The notes below the pieces were generated by a model. That model was not told where the DNA came from. It did no database searches and saw only the letters and a list, made by a program, of their open reading frames with translations. A program made the translations under genes and the position numbers. Below, piece after piece: positions 18,116-29,156 of a stretch of 64,000 bases of DNA; the stretch's first letter is position 1, and each line of letters starts with the position of its first letter. The DNA is from Gammaproteobacteria bacterium (GTDB lineage: Bacteria > Pseudomonadota > Gammaproteobacteria > Pseudomonadales > JAUIET01). The stretch covers positions 81,591 through 145,590 of the forward strand of contig JAUIET010000011.1 in assembly GCA_030429735.1 (NCBI GenBank). Reading direction: 5' to 3'.

Positions 18116-18924
18116 TGGAAACAAATGAACTGAAACTAATTCTTGAAGCCTCCCTGCTGGCCGCGGGCCGACCACTGAGCGTGCGTGAGCTGGGCAATTT
18201 GTTTGATCCTAAAGGCCGTCCGGACAATGCTCAGCTTCGTGCTGCGCTGCAGGAGCTGGCCGAAGACTGTGAAGAGCGTGCTTACGAACTGAAAGAGGTA
18301 GGCAGTGGTTTTCGGTTTCAGGTAAGGAGTCGTTTTGGCACTTGGGTAAGCAGGTTGTGGGAAGAAAAGCCACCACGTTACTCGCGGGCATTGCTCGAGA
18401 CGCTGGCTCTGATTGCCTATAAACAGCCCATTACGCGCGGTGAAGTAGAAGACGTGCGTGGTGTTGCGGTCAGCACCAATATCATTCGTACTTTGCTTGA
18501 GCGGCATTGGGTCAGGGTGGTTGGCCACCGAGACGTGCCTGGCAAGCCCGCTTTGTACGCAACCACCAAAGAATTTCTGGACTACTTCAATCTGAAAAAC
18601 CTGAATGAGTTACCTAATCTCGCAGACATCAAGGAAATTGCCCAGCTCAATCCGGAACTGGAACTGGAAGAGCCGGTGGAAGGCCGAAGTATAGAAATGC
18701 CGGTCGAAGAGGCAGAATCTGCCAATGATGAAGCGGCCGATGCGCACCTCAGCGAGGATGACGTGGACACAATTGTGTCGGAAGCGATTTCGGAAGCTGG
18801 TGATACGAACGCGATTGTGGAACAGGTAGAAGCGGTGATTAATCCCGTCCAGGATGAAGACAAGGTAGACGACGGCATGGATGCTATTGATCCGGATGCG
18901 GACTTTGGCTCGCTGCCAAACTGA
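18115..18924 (+). CDS. scpB: segregation and condensation protein B
   Basis: ILEASLLAAGRPLSV...ETLALIAYKQPITRGEVEDVRGV is the ScpB winged-helix pair. Acidic C-terminal tail. Confidence 0.9.
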   Translation: METNELKLILEASLLAAGRPLSVRELGNLFDPKGRPDNAQLRAALQELAEDCEERAYELKEVGSGFRFQVRSRFGTWVSRLWEEKPPRYSRALLETLALIAYKQPITRGEVEDVRGVAVSTNIIRTLLERHWVRVVGHRDVPGKPALYATTKEFLDYFNLKNLNELPNLADIKEIAQLNPELELEEPVEGRSIEMPVEEAESANDEAADAHLSEDDVDTIVSEAISEAGDTNAIVEQVEAVINPVQDEDKVDDGMDAIDPDADFGSLPN

Positions 18925-18933
18925 ACACGACTG

Positions 18934-19755
18934 ATGGATGAAAAGCTGCAAAAAGTTCTTGCACGGCGAGGGCTTGGTTCCCGGCGTGAAATTGAGCGCT
19001 GGATAGAGGCAGGTCGTCTTCGTGTCAATGGAAAAGTGGCTAGCCTGGGTGATCGCGTTAGTGACAAAGACACTATTCAGCTGGACGGTCGAACGCTTAA
19101 GCACAGCGCAGAAAGTGCAATCCCGAGAGTATTGCTTTATCACAAACCGCTGGGTGAAGTTTGTTCGCGCAAGGATGACGAAGGCCGGCCAACTGTGTTT
19201 GATCGTTTGCCGCGCCTGTCCGATCAGCGCTGGATAAGCGTTGGTCGCCTTGATGTGAACACCACGGGCTTGTTGCTGTTTACCACTGATGGTGAACTCG
19301 CCAACGCGTTAATGCACCCATCCTCAAAAATTGATCGGGAATACCTGGTGCGCGTGAATGGTGAGGTCGACGATTCTGCGCTGGATAATCTGTTACGTGG
19401 CGTTGAATTGGAAGATGGCCCCGCCCGGTTTACCGATATACAGGAAGGACGCGGGCGCGGTGATGGCAGTAATCGCTGGTTTTATGTGGCTCTAATGGAA
19501 GGCCGGAATCGTGAAGTGCGCCGATTATGGGAGTCTCAGGGCCTGAAGGTGAGTCGCTTGAAACGTGTCAGGTTTGGTAACGTGGTGATCCCTTCTTCTG
19601 TGAAGGCCGGCCAGTCGAAAGAGTTTGGTCCGGCCGATATTCGCGAGTTGTATGAACGGGTGCGTCTGCCTGTACCAGCTGCTATTCGCAGTAAACCACG
19701 CCCCGCGCGAGCGCGCAGCGGCTCCAGGAAGCCTGCGAATAAGCGCGCACGGTGA
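18934..19755 (+). CDS. rluB: 23S rRNA pseudouridine synthase B
   Basis: S4 domain (KLQKVLARRGLGSRREIERWI) plus the RsuA/RluB catalytic motif GRLDVNTTGLLLFTTDGELA. Basic C-terminal tail. Confidence 0.9.
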   Translation: MDEKLQKVLARRGLGSRREIERWIEAGRLRVNGKVASLGDRVSDKDTIQLDGRTLKHSAESAIPRVLLYHKPLGEVCSRKDDEGRPTVFDRLPRLSDQRWISVGRLDVNTTGLLLFTTDGELANALMHPSSKIDREYLVRVNGEVDDSALDNLLRGVELEDGPARFTDIQEGRGRGDGSNRWFYVALMEGRNREVRRLWESQGLKVSRLKRVRFGNVVIPSSVKAGQSKEFGPADIRELYERVRLPVPAAIRSKPRPARARSGSRKPANKRAR

Positions 19756-19789
19756 ACGAGGCGGTCAGGCATCCGCGACAGCTAATGAG

Positions 19790-20545
19790 CTAGCCCTCTT
19801 GTGCGCTCAGCGCCTGACCATTCACGTCAAGGCTGTCGTCGCTCATTAAATACAGATAAACCGGCATGATGTCTTCCGGCAATGGATTGTTTTCAGGCGC
19901 TTCACCAGGGTACGCAGACTGTCGCATTGCCGTACGTGTACCCCCTGGGTTGACGCTATTGACGCGTATGTTTGAGGTGTTTTCCATTTCATCGGCAAGC
20001 ACCTGCATTAAACCCTCGGTAGCAAATTTAGAGACGGCATACGCCCCCCAGTAGGCTCGGCCGCGGCGGCCAACGCCCGATGACGTAAACACGATTGAGG
20101 CAGAGTTCGCGGCTCTCAATAGTGGCAGCAAGGACTGGGTCATCAGCATCGCGCCATTCACGTTCACCTGTTGTACGTCTTGCCACACTGCGAATGTTTG
20201 ATGCTCTATCGGTTTGCGCTCACCCAGCAGCGAGGCGTTGTGGAGCAGCCCGTCCAGTTTGCCAAACTCTTTATCGATACTATTGGCGAACTCCTTGTAG
20301 GCTTGCGGTTCGTCGTTTTTTAAATCAAACACAATCAATGCTGGCTCGCGGCACGCAGCGGCAACCATGTCGTCGTAGGTTTGCTCCAGCGTTTCAGCAC
20401 GGCTGCCGGTTAATACTACGGTTGCGCCATGTTGGCCAAAAGCCATTGCGGCAGCCTTGCCAATGCCACTGCCGGCGCCGGTCACGAGAATGGTTTTGTC
20501 TTGCAGCGCATTTTTTGCTGCCTGGTACTCAAATATTTGCTTCAT
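19790..20545 (-). CDS. yciK: YciK-family short-chain dehydrogenase/reductase
   Basis: ILVTGAGSGIGKAAA (TGxxxGxG) and YAVSKFA (YxxxK). Position next to the HAD phosphatase and ubiG, as in Pseudomonas. Confidence 0.85.
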   Translation of the reverse strand: MKQIFEYQAAKNALQDKTILVTGAGSGIGKAAAMAFGQHGATVVLTGSRAETLEQTYDDMVAAACREPALIVFDLKNDEPQAYKEFANSIDKEFGKLDGLLHNASLLGERKPIEHQTFAVWQDVQQVNVNGAMLMTQSLLPLLRAANSASIVFTSSGVGRRGRAYWGAYAVSKFATEGLMQVLADEMENTSNIRVNSVNPGGTRTAMRQSAYPGEAPENNPLPEDIMPVYLYLMSDDSLDVNGQALSAQEG

Positions 20546-21213
20546 ACTTGGTAAAGGTTGCTGAGAATTGTGTACAGTTCGCGGCCATGATCGATGGTGT
20601 GATCTGCGTTCCAGGATTCGACTTCCGGCCGATTAGCCACATAGCCATAGGCCGCTGCCACGGTTTTCATGCCGGCATTTTTCCCCGCCTCTATATCGCG
20701 CTGGTGGTCACCCACGTACACGCAATTTGCCGGGTGTGCAGCAACACCTTTCGCGGCAAGATAGAGCGGCTCCGGATGAGGTTTGGTATGAGTAACGTCA
20801 TCCGGGCATACCAATACTGCTGCCTCTGGCTGTAACTTCATGCGACGCATTAAGGGTTCGGCGAAGCGTCTGGGTTTGTTAGTGACCACCCCCCATGGCA
20901 ATGCCGATTGTTGCAGCGCCGTTAAACTGTCCTGCAGTCCAGCAAATAGCCTGGTTTGTTGGCCCAGTACCGATTCGTAAATGTCCAACAGCTCTTCGCG
21001 CAGAGGTTCAAATTGCGGGCTTTGCTCGTCACAAGCAAATGCCAGCTTCACCAGTGCTCTGGCGCCATCCGAAACTGTATTTCGTATCGTGGTCGCGTTG
21101 GGTGGTTCAGTGTTGTGACGCAAACAGAGTGTCTCAAGTGTGAGCACAAAATCGTCTGCAGTATCGAGAAGAGTGCCGTCGAGATCAAAAAATACTGCTG
21201 CTTTGGCACGCAT
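20542..21213 (-). CDS. HAD-IA phosphatase (phosphoglycolate phosphatase / MupP-like)
   Basis: VFFDLDGTLLDT (DxDGT) and VYVGDHQRDIEAG motifs. The ubiG-downstream position matches the mupP/gph context. Confidence 0.8.
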   Translation of the reverse strand: MRAKAAVFFDLDGTLLDTADDFVLTLETLCLRHNTEPPNATTIRNTVSDGARALVKLAFACDEQSPQFEPLREELLDIYESVLGQQTRLFAGLQDSLTALQQSALPWGVVTNKPRRFAEPLMRRMKLQPEAAVLVCPDDVTHTKPHPEPLYLAAKGVAAHPANCVYVGDHQRDIEAGKNAGMKTVAAAYGYVANRPEVESWNADHTIDHGRELYTILSNLYQV

Positions 21214-21930
21214 TTAGTGAGCTGCTTTCAGGTGCATCAGGTAATTCACGTCAACATCCCGCCCCAGCGAGTACGACTTACGGATCGGGTTGTATGTCAT
21301 GCCGGTAATATCCTGCACAGCCAGGCCCGCTTGCCGAGACCAGGAACAGAGTTCCGATGGTTTTATGAACTTGCGATAGTCATGTGTGCCTTTCTTCAGC
21401 AGTTGCAACACGTATTCTGCACCGACTACTGCGAACAACCAGGCTTTAGGGTTGCGATTGATCGTGGACAAGAACAGATCACCGTCTTCTTTCAGCAGTT
21501 GGCTGCAAGCACTTATCACAGACGCAGGATCAGGAACATGCTCAAGCATTTCCAGGCAGGTCACTACATCGTACTGGCCGGCTTCTTGTTCAGCCAGCTG
21601 TTCGGCGGTGCACATCTGGTAATCCACATGCAAACCTGATTCCAACAGGTGCAAGCGGGCAACAGTCAGCGAAGCCTCGGCCATATCGATCGCTTTTACC
21701 TGGGCGCCTTCACGGGCTAGCGCCTCTGCCAGAATTCCACCACCGCAGCCAATATCGAGAACCTTGAGATTCTTGAGTCGTCGACGGCTGCTTATATACT
21801 CCAGCCGCAGTGGGTTGATTTCGTGGAGCGGTTTGAATTCGCTGCTGGTGTCCCACCAGCGACTCGCAAGCTGTTCAAACTTGTGCAGTTCAGCTGGCTC
21901 CAGATTAAGTTCGCTATTGGATTTGTTCAT
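21214..21930 (-). CDS. ubiG: bifunctional 3-demethylubiquinol / 2-polyprenyl-6-hydroxyphenol O-methyltransferase
   Basis: [11 protein letters not shown] and the SAM motif [13 protein letters not shown]. The ATG at 21930 (MNKSN...) overlaps the mtaD stop as ATGA and gives 238 aa, the typical size. The ORF-track start at 22101 runs into mtaD. Confidence 0.9.
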   Translation of the reverse strand: MNKSNSELNLEPAELHKFEQLASRWWDTSSEFKPLHEINPLRLEYISSRRRLKNLKVLDIGCGGGILAEALAREGAQVKAIDMAEASLTVARLHLLESGLHVDYQMCTAEQLAEQEAGQYDVVTCLEMLEHVPDPASVISACSQLLKEDGDLFLSTINRNPKAWLFAVVGAEYVLQLLKKGTHDYRKFIKPSELCSWSRQAGLAVQDITGMTYNPIRKSYSLGRDVDVNYLMHLKAAH

Positions 21931-23276
21931 GCGCTTAGCGTTTTCCGCCATTGGTTTGCTTTTTCCCGTAGTGCGATGGTGTCCATGTGCAGCAGCTGGC
22001 CATCTTCCACACGCTTCTCGCCGGCTGTCCAGACATCGGTAATGTGCGAGTTCTGGGCGGTATACACCAGGTGTGATACAGGTTCGTACATGGGCAGGCA
22101 TTCGACGCGGTTAACATCTATGGCAAAAAAGTCCGCTTGTTTGCCTGCTTCAAGACTGCCAATCGCGTCTTCTCTGCCAATCGCGCGGGCGCCGTTTATG
22201 GTTGCCGCGCGTAATGCCTGGCTGGCGGTCACTGCGTCTGCCTTGCCGGCAACGGCTTTGGCCATAATTGCGCTAATGTTCATTTCAGACAACATGTTCA
22301 GGCTGTTATTGCTAGCTGCACCATCAGTGCCCAGGCCAACATTGACACCCGCCTCAAGCATATTGTGCATTCGGAACAGGCCGCTGGCCAACTTAAGATT
22401 GGAGCGTACGCAATGAATAACATGGGTGCCAGTAGCCGCCAGCAATTCAATATCGCTGTCACTTGCGTGAACCATGTGCGCGCATTGAAGCCTTGGTGAG
22501 GCCAGGCCAATGTCGTTGAGCAGCTCAAGTGGCCGTATTTTGTGCTCTTCAATAAATGCGCTGACTTCTTGCCGGGTTTCATGTGCGTGAATGTGAATAT
22601 TGGCATCCAGTTCGTTCGCAAGCGTCGCTACCCTCTCCAGAGTGGCTCTGCTGACCGTGTAGGGAGAGTGTGGCCCAAAGCATACGTTCGCAAAGCTGCT
22701 GTGCTTGAAGTCATCGATAACCTGCAGTCCTTTATCGATGTATTCTTCAGGCCCGCTGGCCCATGCTGTTTCAAGCTCCAGCACCGGGAAAGCGACTTGC
22801 GCGCGCATCCCATACTGATGCGCCAGCTTTGCGGTGATGTCGGGAAAAAAATACATGTCTGTGAAACAACTGGTGCCGCTTTTAAGCATCTCCGCGATGG
22901 CCAGGCGAACTCCGTCTTCGGCGAACTCTTCATCAACGTATTTGCTCTCGGTCGGCCAGATATGCTGCTCCAGCCAGGTCATCAGGGGTAGGTCATCGGC
23001 AAACCCGCGCAGCAGATTCATCGCGGCGTGATTGTGCCCATTGATAAACCCGGGGCACAGCAGATGGTCGGGCATGTCGATGATTTTGTCGGCTTGAAAC
23101 CGTTGCGCGCATTCTGCTTGTGGGCCGACACCGAGGATTACGCCATTCTTGACAGCCAGTGATGCATTCTGAAACACCGTGTCATTAGCGTCCACGGTCG
23201 CAATCCATCCGGCATTAACGATGAAATCCGCAGCGATCACGCGATTGGATGACAAGGTGTCAGTGTCTGATTTCAA
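21927..23276 (-). CDS. mtaD: amidohydrolase, 5-methylthioadenosine/S-adenosylhomocysteine deaminase-like (TRZ/ATZ family)
   Basis: [17 protein letters not shown] (HxH metal site), HAHET and GTDGAASNN motifs. Conserved position upstream of ubiG. Confidence 0.85.
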   Translation of the reverse strand: MKSDTDTLSSNRVIAADFIVNAGWIATVDANDTVFQNASLAVKNGVILGVGPQAECAQRFQADKIIDMPDHLLCPGFINGHNHAAMNLLRGFADDLPLMTWLEQHIWPTESKYVDEEFAEDGVRLAIAEMLKSGTSCFTDMYFFPDITAKLAHQYGMRAQVAFPVLELETAWASGPEEYIDKGLQVIDDFKHSSFANVCFGPHSPYTVSRATLERVATLANELDANIHIHAHETRQEVSAFIEEHKIRPLELLNDIGLASPRLQCAHMVHASDSDIELLAATGTHVIHCVRSNLKLASGLFRMHNMLEAGVNVGLGTDGAASNNSLNMLSEMNISAIMAKAVAGKADAVTASQALRAATINGARAIGREDAIGSLEAGKQADFFAIDVNRVECLPMYEPVSHLVYTAQNSHITDVWTAGEKRVEDGQLLHMDTIALREKANQWRKTLSA

Positions 23277-23389
23277 GGCGCCTGGGTCACTGTATTCGAG
23301 ATTGCGCAGAAGTATACCTGCAAAGCTCAGAGTCTGCGCTTTAAAGTGATTCTGGGAGAAGCAGGAGAGCGCATTATCGGGTCAGTGTG

Positions 23390-23398
23390 TGGTAGAAT
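23390..23398 (+). promoter_or_regulatory. candidate extended -10 element (TGgTAGAAT) upstream of gyrA
   Basis: The sequence tgGTAGAAT lies 70 nt upstream of the gyrA ATG. No convincing -35 is present, as is common for extended -10 promoters. By-eye call only. Confidence 0.3.
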
Positions 23399-23467
23399 AG
23401 CGGGTTAATCAGGCCGCATTCCGCGGACTAATAAATCTGAGTTTTCAGCAAGGAAATCTTTCCATTC

Positions 23468-26029
23468 ATGGCGGAACTAGCGAAAGAAGTAGTACCCGTA
23501 AATATCGAGGACGAGCTCAAGCAATCGTATCTTGATTACGCAATGAGCGTCATCGTGGGGCGCGCGCTGCCAGATGTGCGCGATGGCCTGAAACCTGTTC
23601 ACCGTCGCGTGTTGTTTGCGATGAATGTGCTCGGAAATGATTGGAATAAGGCGTACAAGAAGTCGGCACGTATTGTTGGTGACGTGATCGGTAAATACCA
23701 TCCTCATGGTGACAGTGCGGTCTACGACACCATCGTTCGCATGGCTCAACCATTCTCCCTTCGCTACATGCTGGTTGATGGGCAAGGTAACTTCGGTTCC
23801 ATGGACGGTGATTCCGCCGCTGCCATGCGTTATACCGAAATTCGAATGCAGAAGATTGCGCACGATCTGTTGGCTGACCTTGATAAAGAGACAGTGGATT
23901 TTGTTCCAAACTATGATGGTCAGGAGTTAATTCCTGAGGTTTTGCCGACCCGCATTCCAAATCTACTGGTCAATGGATCGTCAGGAATTGCGGTTGGTAT
24001 GGCAACCAATATTCCGCCTCACAATCTTAATGAAGTCATTGCCGCGTGTCTGGCGCTTATTGATAATCCTGACGCCAGCATCGATGAGCTTATGCAGCAC
24101 ATTCCGGGCCCGGATTTTCCGACTGGCGCTATTATCAATGGCCGCGCGGGCATTGTGTCTGCATACAAGACGGGCCGTGGCCGTATATATGTCCGTGCTC
24201 GAGCCAAGGTGGAAGTCAATGAAAAAACCAACCGCGAAACAATCATTGTTACTGAAATTCCGTACCAGCTCAATAAGGCGCGATTGATAGAAAAAATAGC
24301 CGAGCTGGTGAAAGACAAAAAGCTTGAAGGCATCAGTGAGCTGCGCGACGAGTCCGACAAGGACGGCGTGCGGGTAGTTATCGAACTGCGCAGAGGTGAA
24401 TCGGGCGAAGTTATCCTGAATAACCTGTATTCGCAAACACAACTGCAAACCGTGTTTGGCATTAACACGGTCGCGCTTGTCGATGGGCAGCCCAGGCTTC
24501 TCAATTTAAAAGAGTTGCTGGATGCGTTTATCAGGCATCGTCGCGAGGTGGTTACACGGCGAACAATCTATTTGCTTCGTAAAGCGCGCGAGCGGGCGCA
24601 TTTGCTTGAAGGATGGGCGGTCGCGTTGGCCAACATAGATGAGGTCATCGCACTGATCAAGGCGTCTCCGACCTCCGCAGAGGCACGGGCTAAATTGTTA
24701 GCGAAATCCTGGCCGCCTGGCGCGTCGGTGTTCGAAATGTTGGAACGTACTGGTGACCAATCGTCGCGCCCTGATGAATTGGCTGCTGAGCTTGGTCTTC
24801 GCGACGGCCAATACTATTTGTCTGAGCAACAGGCGCAGGCGATACTCGACTTGCGATTGCACCGCCTCACCGGTATGGAAACTGAGAAACTCCTGCAGGA
24901 ATACGGCGAAAAGCTGGAAGAGATTGGCGGCTACCTGGTCATACTGGGTGACACAGAGCGTCTTATGGGCGTGATTCGTGAAGAACTTGAACAGGTGCTC
25001 AAGGATTATGGCGATGAGCGCCGGACTGAAATTACCGAATCGGCACATGATTTAACAGCCGAAGATCTGATCGCGGAAGAGGACCGGGTGGTGACCTTGT
25101 CGCATCTTGGCTATGCGAAGACACAGTCGCTGGAAACCTACCAGGCCCAAAAGCGCGGCGGTAAAGGCAAGACCGCTACGGCTGTTAAGGACGAAGATTT
25201 CGTAGAGCACCTGCTGATAGCCAACACACACGATACCATTTTGTGTTTCAGTAACATGGGTAAAGTGTACTGGCTGAAAGTGTTTCATATCCCTCTTGGC
25301 AGCCGTACCTCGCGCGGCAGACCTATGGTCAATTTGTTGCCTCTGGAGGAGGGCGAACGCATTACCTCGATATTACCCGTCAACGAATATCGCGAAGACC
25401 ACTTCGTATTTATGGCTACATCAAACGGGGTTGTTAAAAAGACCGCGCTGACTAATTTTGCCAGACAACGCAGCGTAGGCTTGCGCGCGATAGAGCTTGA
25501 CGACGGTGATCATCTGGTGGGCACGGCCATTACTGATGGCAAGTCTGACATTATGCTGGCCAGTGACTCAGGCAAGGTGATTCGCTTCTCCGAGGAAGAT
25601 GTTCGACCGATGGGCAGAACGGCCCGTGGTGTCAGAGGCATGAAAATCAAAGCTGAGAATCAGGTGATCTCGCTGATGGTTCCGGACGATGACGCGCAAA
25701 TGTTATGCGTCAGCGTCAATGGCTATGGCAAGCGCACCGCAATCTCTGAATTTTCTGCGATTGGTCGTGGCGGGCAGGGTGTAATTGGTATCCAGCCCAG
25801 CGCAAGAAACGGCCGCATTGTAGGTGCGATTCAGGTCAATGACGACGATGAAATGATGTTGATCAGTGACCAGGGCATGTTGGTACGCACACGCGCTGGC
25901 GAGGTGTCTATCCAAGGTCGAAACACACAGGGCGTTCGTTTGATCAAGGTCAAGAGTGGCGAACACATTGTTGGCGTTGCCCGGGTTGAGGAACGCGAAG
26001 AAGATGACGCTGAAGGCGCGGAGGGTTAA
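23468..26029 (+). CDS. gyrA: DNA gyrase subunit A
   Basis: 853 aa. Active-site AAMRYTE and the quinolone-resistance-determining region (QRDR) [17 protein letters not shown] (Ser83/Asp87 in E. coli numbering, the susceptible-type residues). C-terminal beta-pinwheel repeats and an acidic tail. Confidence 0.98.
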   Translation: MAELAKEVVPVNIEDELKQSYLDYAMSVIVGRALPDVRDGLKPVHRRVLFAMNVLGNDWNKAYKKSARIVGDVIGKYHPHGDSAVYDTIVRMAQPFSLRYMLVDGQGNFGSMDGDSAAAMRYTEIRMQKIAHDLLADLDKETVDFVPNYDGQELIPEVLPTRIPNLLVNGSSGIAVGMATNIPPHNLNEVIAACLALIDNPDASIDELMQHIPGPDFPTGAIINGRAGIVSAYKTGRGRIYVRARAKVEVNEKTNRETIIVTEIPYQLNKARLIEKIAELVKDKKLEGISELRDESDKDGVRVVIELRRGESGEVILNNLYSQTQLQTVFGINTVALVDGQPRLLNLKELLDAFIRHRREVVTRRTIYLLRKARERAHLLEGWAVALANIDEVIALIKASPTSAEARAKLLAKSWPPGASVFEMLERTGDQSSRPDELAAELGLRDGQYYLSEQQAQAILDLRLHRLTGMETEKLLQEYGEKLEEIGGYLVILGDTERLMGVIREELEQVLKDYGDERRTEITESAHDLTAEDLIAEEDRVVTLSHLGYAKTQSLETYQAQKRGGKGKTATAVKDEDFVEHLLIANTHDTILCFSNMGKVYWLKVFHIPLGSRTSRGRPMVNLLPLEEGERITSILPVNEYREDHFVFMATSNGVVKKTALTNFARQRSVGLRAIELDDGDHLVGTAITDGKSDIMLASDSGKVIRFSEEDVRPMGRTARGVRGMKIKAENQVISLMVPDDDAQMLCVSVNGYGKRTAISEFSAIGRGGQGVIGIQPSARNGRIVGAIQVNDDDEMMLISDQGMLVRTRAGEVSIQGRNTQGVRLIKVKSGEHIVGVARVEEREEDDAEGAEG

Positions 26030-26032
26030 GTA

Positions 26033-27115
26033 ATGGTGCAGCGTAAGTACAATTTTTGCGCCGGGCCCGCAGCGCTACCTGAACCAGTATTGGAGCAAGC
26101 GCAAGCCGAGTTGCTGGATTGGCAGGGCCGTGGGCTGTCTGTGATGGAAATGAGCCATCGCAGCAAGGAATTTATTGCAATTGCTGAGAAAGCGGAGGCA
26201 GATTTAAGAGAATTGCTGGCAGTTCCTGATGATTACGCAGTATTGTTCGTGCAAGGCGGTGCTACAGCACAGTTCTCCGCGGTACCGCTTAATTTGTTGC
26301 GAGGCTCTGCCAAAGCTGATTACTTGAACACCGGCCAGTGGTCCAAAAAGGCGATAGCCGAAGCGCGGCGATTTTGCGATGTAAATGTGGTTGCAAGCGC
26401 CGAAAATACTAATTTTTCAAGCATACCCGAACCGTCGGAGTGGCAAACTGACAACAACGCGGCTTATCTGCACTACACGCCTAACGAAACGATTGGTGGG
26501 GTAGAGTTTCATTGGTTACCCCGGGTTTCGACGCCGCTGGTTGCCGATATGTCATCTACTATTTTATCGCGCCCGATCGATGTATCGCAGTTTGGTTTGA
26601 TCTATGCCGGCGCCCAGAAAAACATTGGTCCTGCCGGTCTTACCTTGGTGATTGCCAAGCGAGAGCTGCTTGGCAATGCACATTCATTGACCCCCAGTAC
26701 TCTGAACTACCAGACCATTGACGATGGCAAGTCAATGCTCAATACGCCACCAACCTTTGCCTGGTACCTTGCGGGGCTGGTATTTGAATGGCTTAAAGAA
26801 GGGGGCGGGCTCGAAGCACAAGCGCATAGAAACCATCAAAAAGCCACAAGCCTGTACGGCTTTATTGATGGCAGCGATTTTTACGGCAATCCCGTTGAAC
26901 CGCAGAGCCGTTCGTGGATGAATGTTCCATTTACACTGGCTGATGCTGCATTGGACAAAACGTTTCTAACAGAGGCCGAAGAAAATGACCTGCTTAACCT
27001 TGCAGGGCATCGCTCAGTCGGCGGCATGCGCGCCAGTCTGTATAACGCTGTAAGCATGGAGGCAGTTGAGGCGCTAATGAGTTTCATGCGCGATTTTGAG
27101 CAGCGGCACGGATAG
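26033..27115 (+). CDS. serC: phosphoserine aminotransferase
   Basis: YNFCAGPAALPEPVL N-terminus, AGAQKNIGPAGLTLVI (PLP lysine) and GGMRASLYNA. Confidence 0.95.
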   Translation: MVQRKYNFCAGPAALPEPVLEQAQAELLDWQGRGLSVMEMSHRSKEFIAIAEKAEADLRELLAVPDDYAVLFVQGGATAQFSAVPLNLLRGSAKADYLNTGQWSKKAIAEARRFCDVNVVASAENTNFSSIPEPSEWQTDNNAAYLHYTPNETIGGVEFHWLPRVSTPLVADMSSTILSRPIDVSQFGLIYAGAQKNIGPAGLTLVIAKRELLGNAHSLTPSTLNYQTIDDGKSMLNTPPTFAWYLAGLVFEWLKEGGGLEAQAHRNHQKATSLYGFIDGSDFYGNPVEPQSRSWMNVPFTLADAALDKTFLTEAEENDLLNLAGHRSVGGMRASLYNAVSMEAVEALMSFMRDFEQRHG

Positions 27116-27119
27116 TCGC

Positions 27120-28235
27120 ATGGCCGAGGGTAAGTTGCCAACGTTGGCTGAGCTCAGAGTGCGCATCGATGCACTGGATGAAGAGCTTCAGGCGTTAATT
27201 GCCAAGCGCGCCGGCCTTGCTGAGCAGGTGGCTGCTGTAAAGCTGGCGGAATTGCATGCGACCGGGGGCTCTGAGTCTGAGGTTGAGTTTTATCGACCAG
27301 AGCGCGAAGCACAAGTGCTTGGCCGCGTGATCGAGAGGAATAATGGCCCGCTGGACGACGCCGTTATTGCGCACATCTTCAGAGAAATTATCTCAGCCTG
27401 CCTGGCCCTGGAAAAGCCTGTTGATGTGGCCTTTTTTGGTCCTGAAGGTACATACACACATCAGGCAGCGCTTAAACATTTTGGTCAATCGGCCGTGGTC
27501 AGCGCATATCCGTCAATATCTGCCGTGTTTACCCAGGTCGAGAACGGCTTGAGCAAATACGGCGTGGTACCGGTGGAAAATTCTACCGAAGGTATGGTCA
27601 CCCATACGCTTGATAACTTCGCGAAATCACCACTTAAAATTTGTGGTGAAGTCCAGTTGCGCATCCATTTGCAATTGCTGATCGGGCGCAATACAGATGT
27701 TAGCAGACTCAAATCAATTTGCGGCCATCAACAGGCTTTGGCCCAGTGCCAAACGTGGTTAGCTACGCACTGGCCCAATGTGGAGCACAAGGCAGTGAGC
27801 AGTAATGGCGCGGCCGCGCAAATGGCAGCGAGTGATCCAACAGTGGCTGCAGTGGCCAGCTCCATGGCGGCTGAACTGTATGACTTGAGCTGTGTGTCCT
27901 CCAATATTGAAGACCGTACAGACAACGCCACGCGTTTTCTGGTGGTTGCTGAAAAAGATGTGCCGCCCAGCGGCGACGACAAAACCTCTGTGATTGTCGC
28001 AACACGCAACAAACCAGGGGCGTTGTTTAAGCTGCTGGAACCGTTTGACCGTGAAGGCGTGATGCTAACGCGCATCGATACACGGCCGTCTCCGACTGAG
28101 GCATGGGCGTATCTGTTTTTCATTGAGTTTGAAGGCCATCAGACTGATCCAGTGGTAGCGGGCATATTGCGTGAGCTGGAAGAGCACTCTGTGATGGTCA
28201 AGGTATTAGGGTCCTACCCACGAGCGTTGTTTTGA
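27120..28235 (+). CDS. pheA: chorismate mutase / prephenate dehydratase (P-protein)
   Basis: CM domain LRVRIDALDEELQALIAKRA. PDT domain with NATRFLV. ACT domain with TRIDTRPS. The ATG at 27120 lies 4 nt after the serC stop. Confidence 0.95.
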   Translation: MAEGKLPTLAELRVRIDALDEELQALIAKRAGLAEQVAAVKLAELHATGGSESEVEFYRPEREAQVLGRVIERNNGPLDDAVIAHIFREIISACLALEKPVDVAFFGPEGTYTHQAALKHFGQSAVVSAYPSISAVFTQVENGLSKYGVVPVENSTEGMVTHTLDNFAKSPLKICGEVQLRIHLQLLIGRNTDVSRLKSICGHQQALAQCQTWLATHWPNVEHKAVSSNGAAAQMAASDPTVAAVASSMAAELYDLSCVSSNIEDRTDNATRFLVVAEKDVPPSGDDKTSVIVATRNKPGALFKLLEPFDREGVMLTRIDTRPSPTEAWAYLFFIEFEGHQTDPVVAGILRELEEHSVMVKVLGSYPRALF

Positions 28236-29125
28236 TGACCGCTGAAAGTGCGACTGAGAAATCACTGCTGGTTATTGGTCTTGGCATGATTGGCGGCTCA
28301 GTGCTTCGCTCAGCGCGAGCACATGGCAGTGCCGAGGTAATTCTTGGCTACGACAGCCGCGACGATGTAAACCTGCTGGCGTACGAGCAAGGAGTCGTTG
28401 ATAACAGGCCGGCAGCGCTGCAAGAATTGATCGCGCAGGCCAGCATGATTGTGTTAGCTGTGCCACCTATGACGTTTCCAGCCGTTTTCACAGAGCTGGC
28501 TTCAATCGGAGTTGCAGACGGTACGGTGTTAACCGACGTGGCCAGCGTGAAGGGTCCGGTGTTAGATGCCTGCCGGCAGTTTGCACCTGAGTTGCTGTCA
28601 GTTTTTTTGCCTGCACACCCAATCGCGGGTTCGGAGCAAAGTGGCTTGATGGCTTCCAAGGTTGATCTGTTCAAACAGAAAAAACTGATCCTGACACCGC
28701 ATGCTGATGTGAGTAACGCTGCTGCACACCGTGTGGCGAACTTCTGGGGTAGCCTGGACTGCTTGTTAGCAGAGCTTGAGCCGGATCTGCACGATGACTT
28801 GCTGGCATCCACCAGTCACTTGCCGCATGTATTAGCCTACGTGCTGGTCGACAGCTTGCTGCTACACCCGGAAACCGATCGGTTGTTTGAGTTTGCTGCT
28901 GGTGGCTTCCAGGACATTTCACGTACCGCATCAAGCGACCCAACCATGTGGCACGACGTTTTTTTCTCAAATAAAGAGTGTGTGCTGGCTGCCGTTGAGC
29001 AGTTTGAAAAGCGCCTCGCGCTGTTTAAGTCGATGGTGGAGAACGGCGAGTCTCAGCGATTATTTGACATGCTCAGCACCGCCAAGAAAGGCCGTGATAA
29101 CTACCTGGCCAAGTACCGCTCCTGA
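28232..29125 (+). CDS. tyrA: prephenate/arogenate dehydrogenase
   Basis: VIGLGMIGGS is a NAD(P)-binding motif, and PAHPIAGSE is present. Overlaps the pheA stop. It is separate from aroA here, not fused. Confidence 0.85.
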   Translation: MMTAESATEKSLLVIGLGMIGGSVLRSARAHGSAEVILGYDSRDDVNLLAYEQGVVDNRPAALQELIAQASMIVLAVPPMTFPAVFTELASIGVADGTVLTDVASVKGPVLDACRQFAPELLSVFLPAHPIAGSEQSGLMASKVDLFKQKKLILTPHADVSNAAAHRVANFWGSLDCLLAELEPDLHDDLLASTSHLPHVLAYVLVDSLLLHPETDRLFEFAAGGFQDISRTASSDPTMWHDVFFSNKECVLAAVEQFEKRLALFKSMVENGESQRLFDMLSTAKKGRDNYLAKYRS

Positions 29126-29156
29126 ATAAGCTAACTCAACGTAAGGATCTACCGAC

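Noticed and set aside
20095-20835. 246-aa + strand ORF
   Set aside because: - It is antisense to the well-supported yciK and HAD phosphatase genes.
- Its Arg/Cys/Ala-rich composition is typical of shadow ORFs in GC-rich third-position-biased genes.
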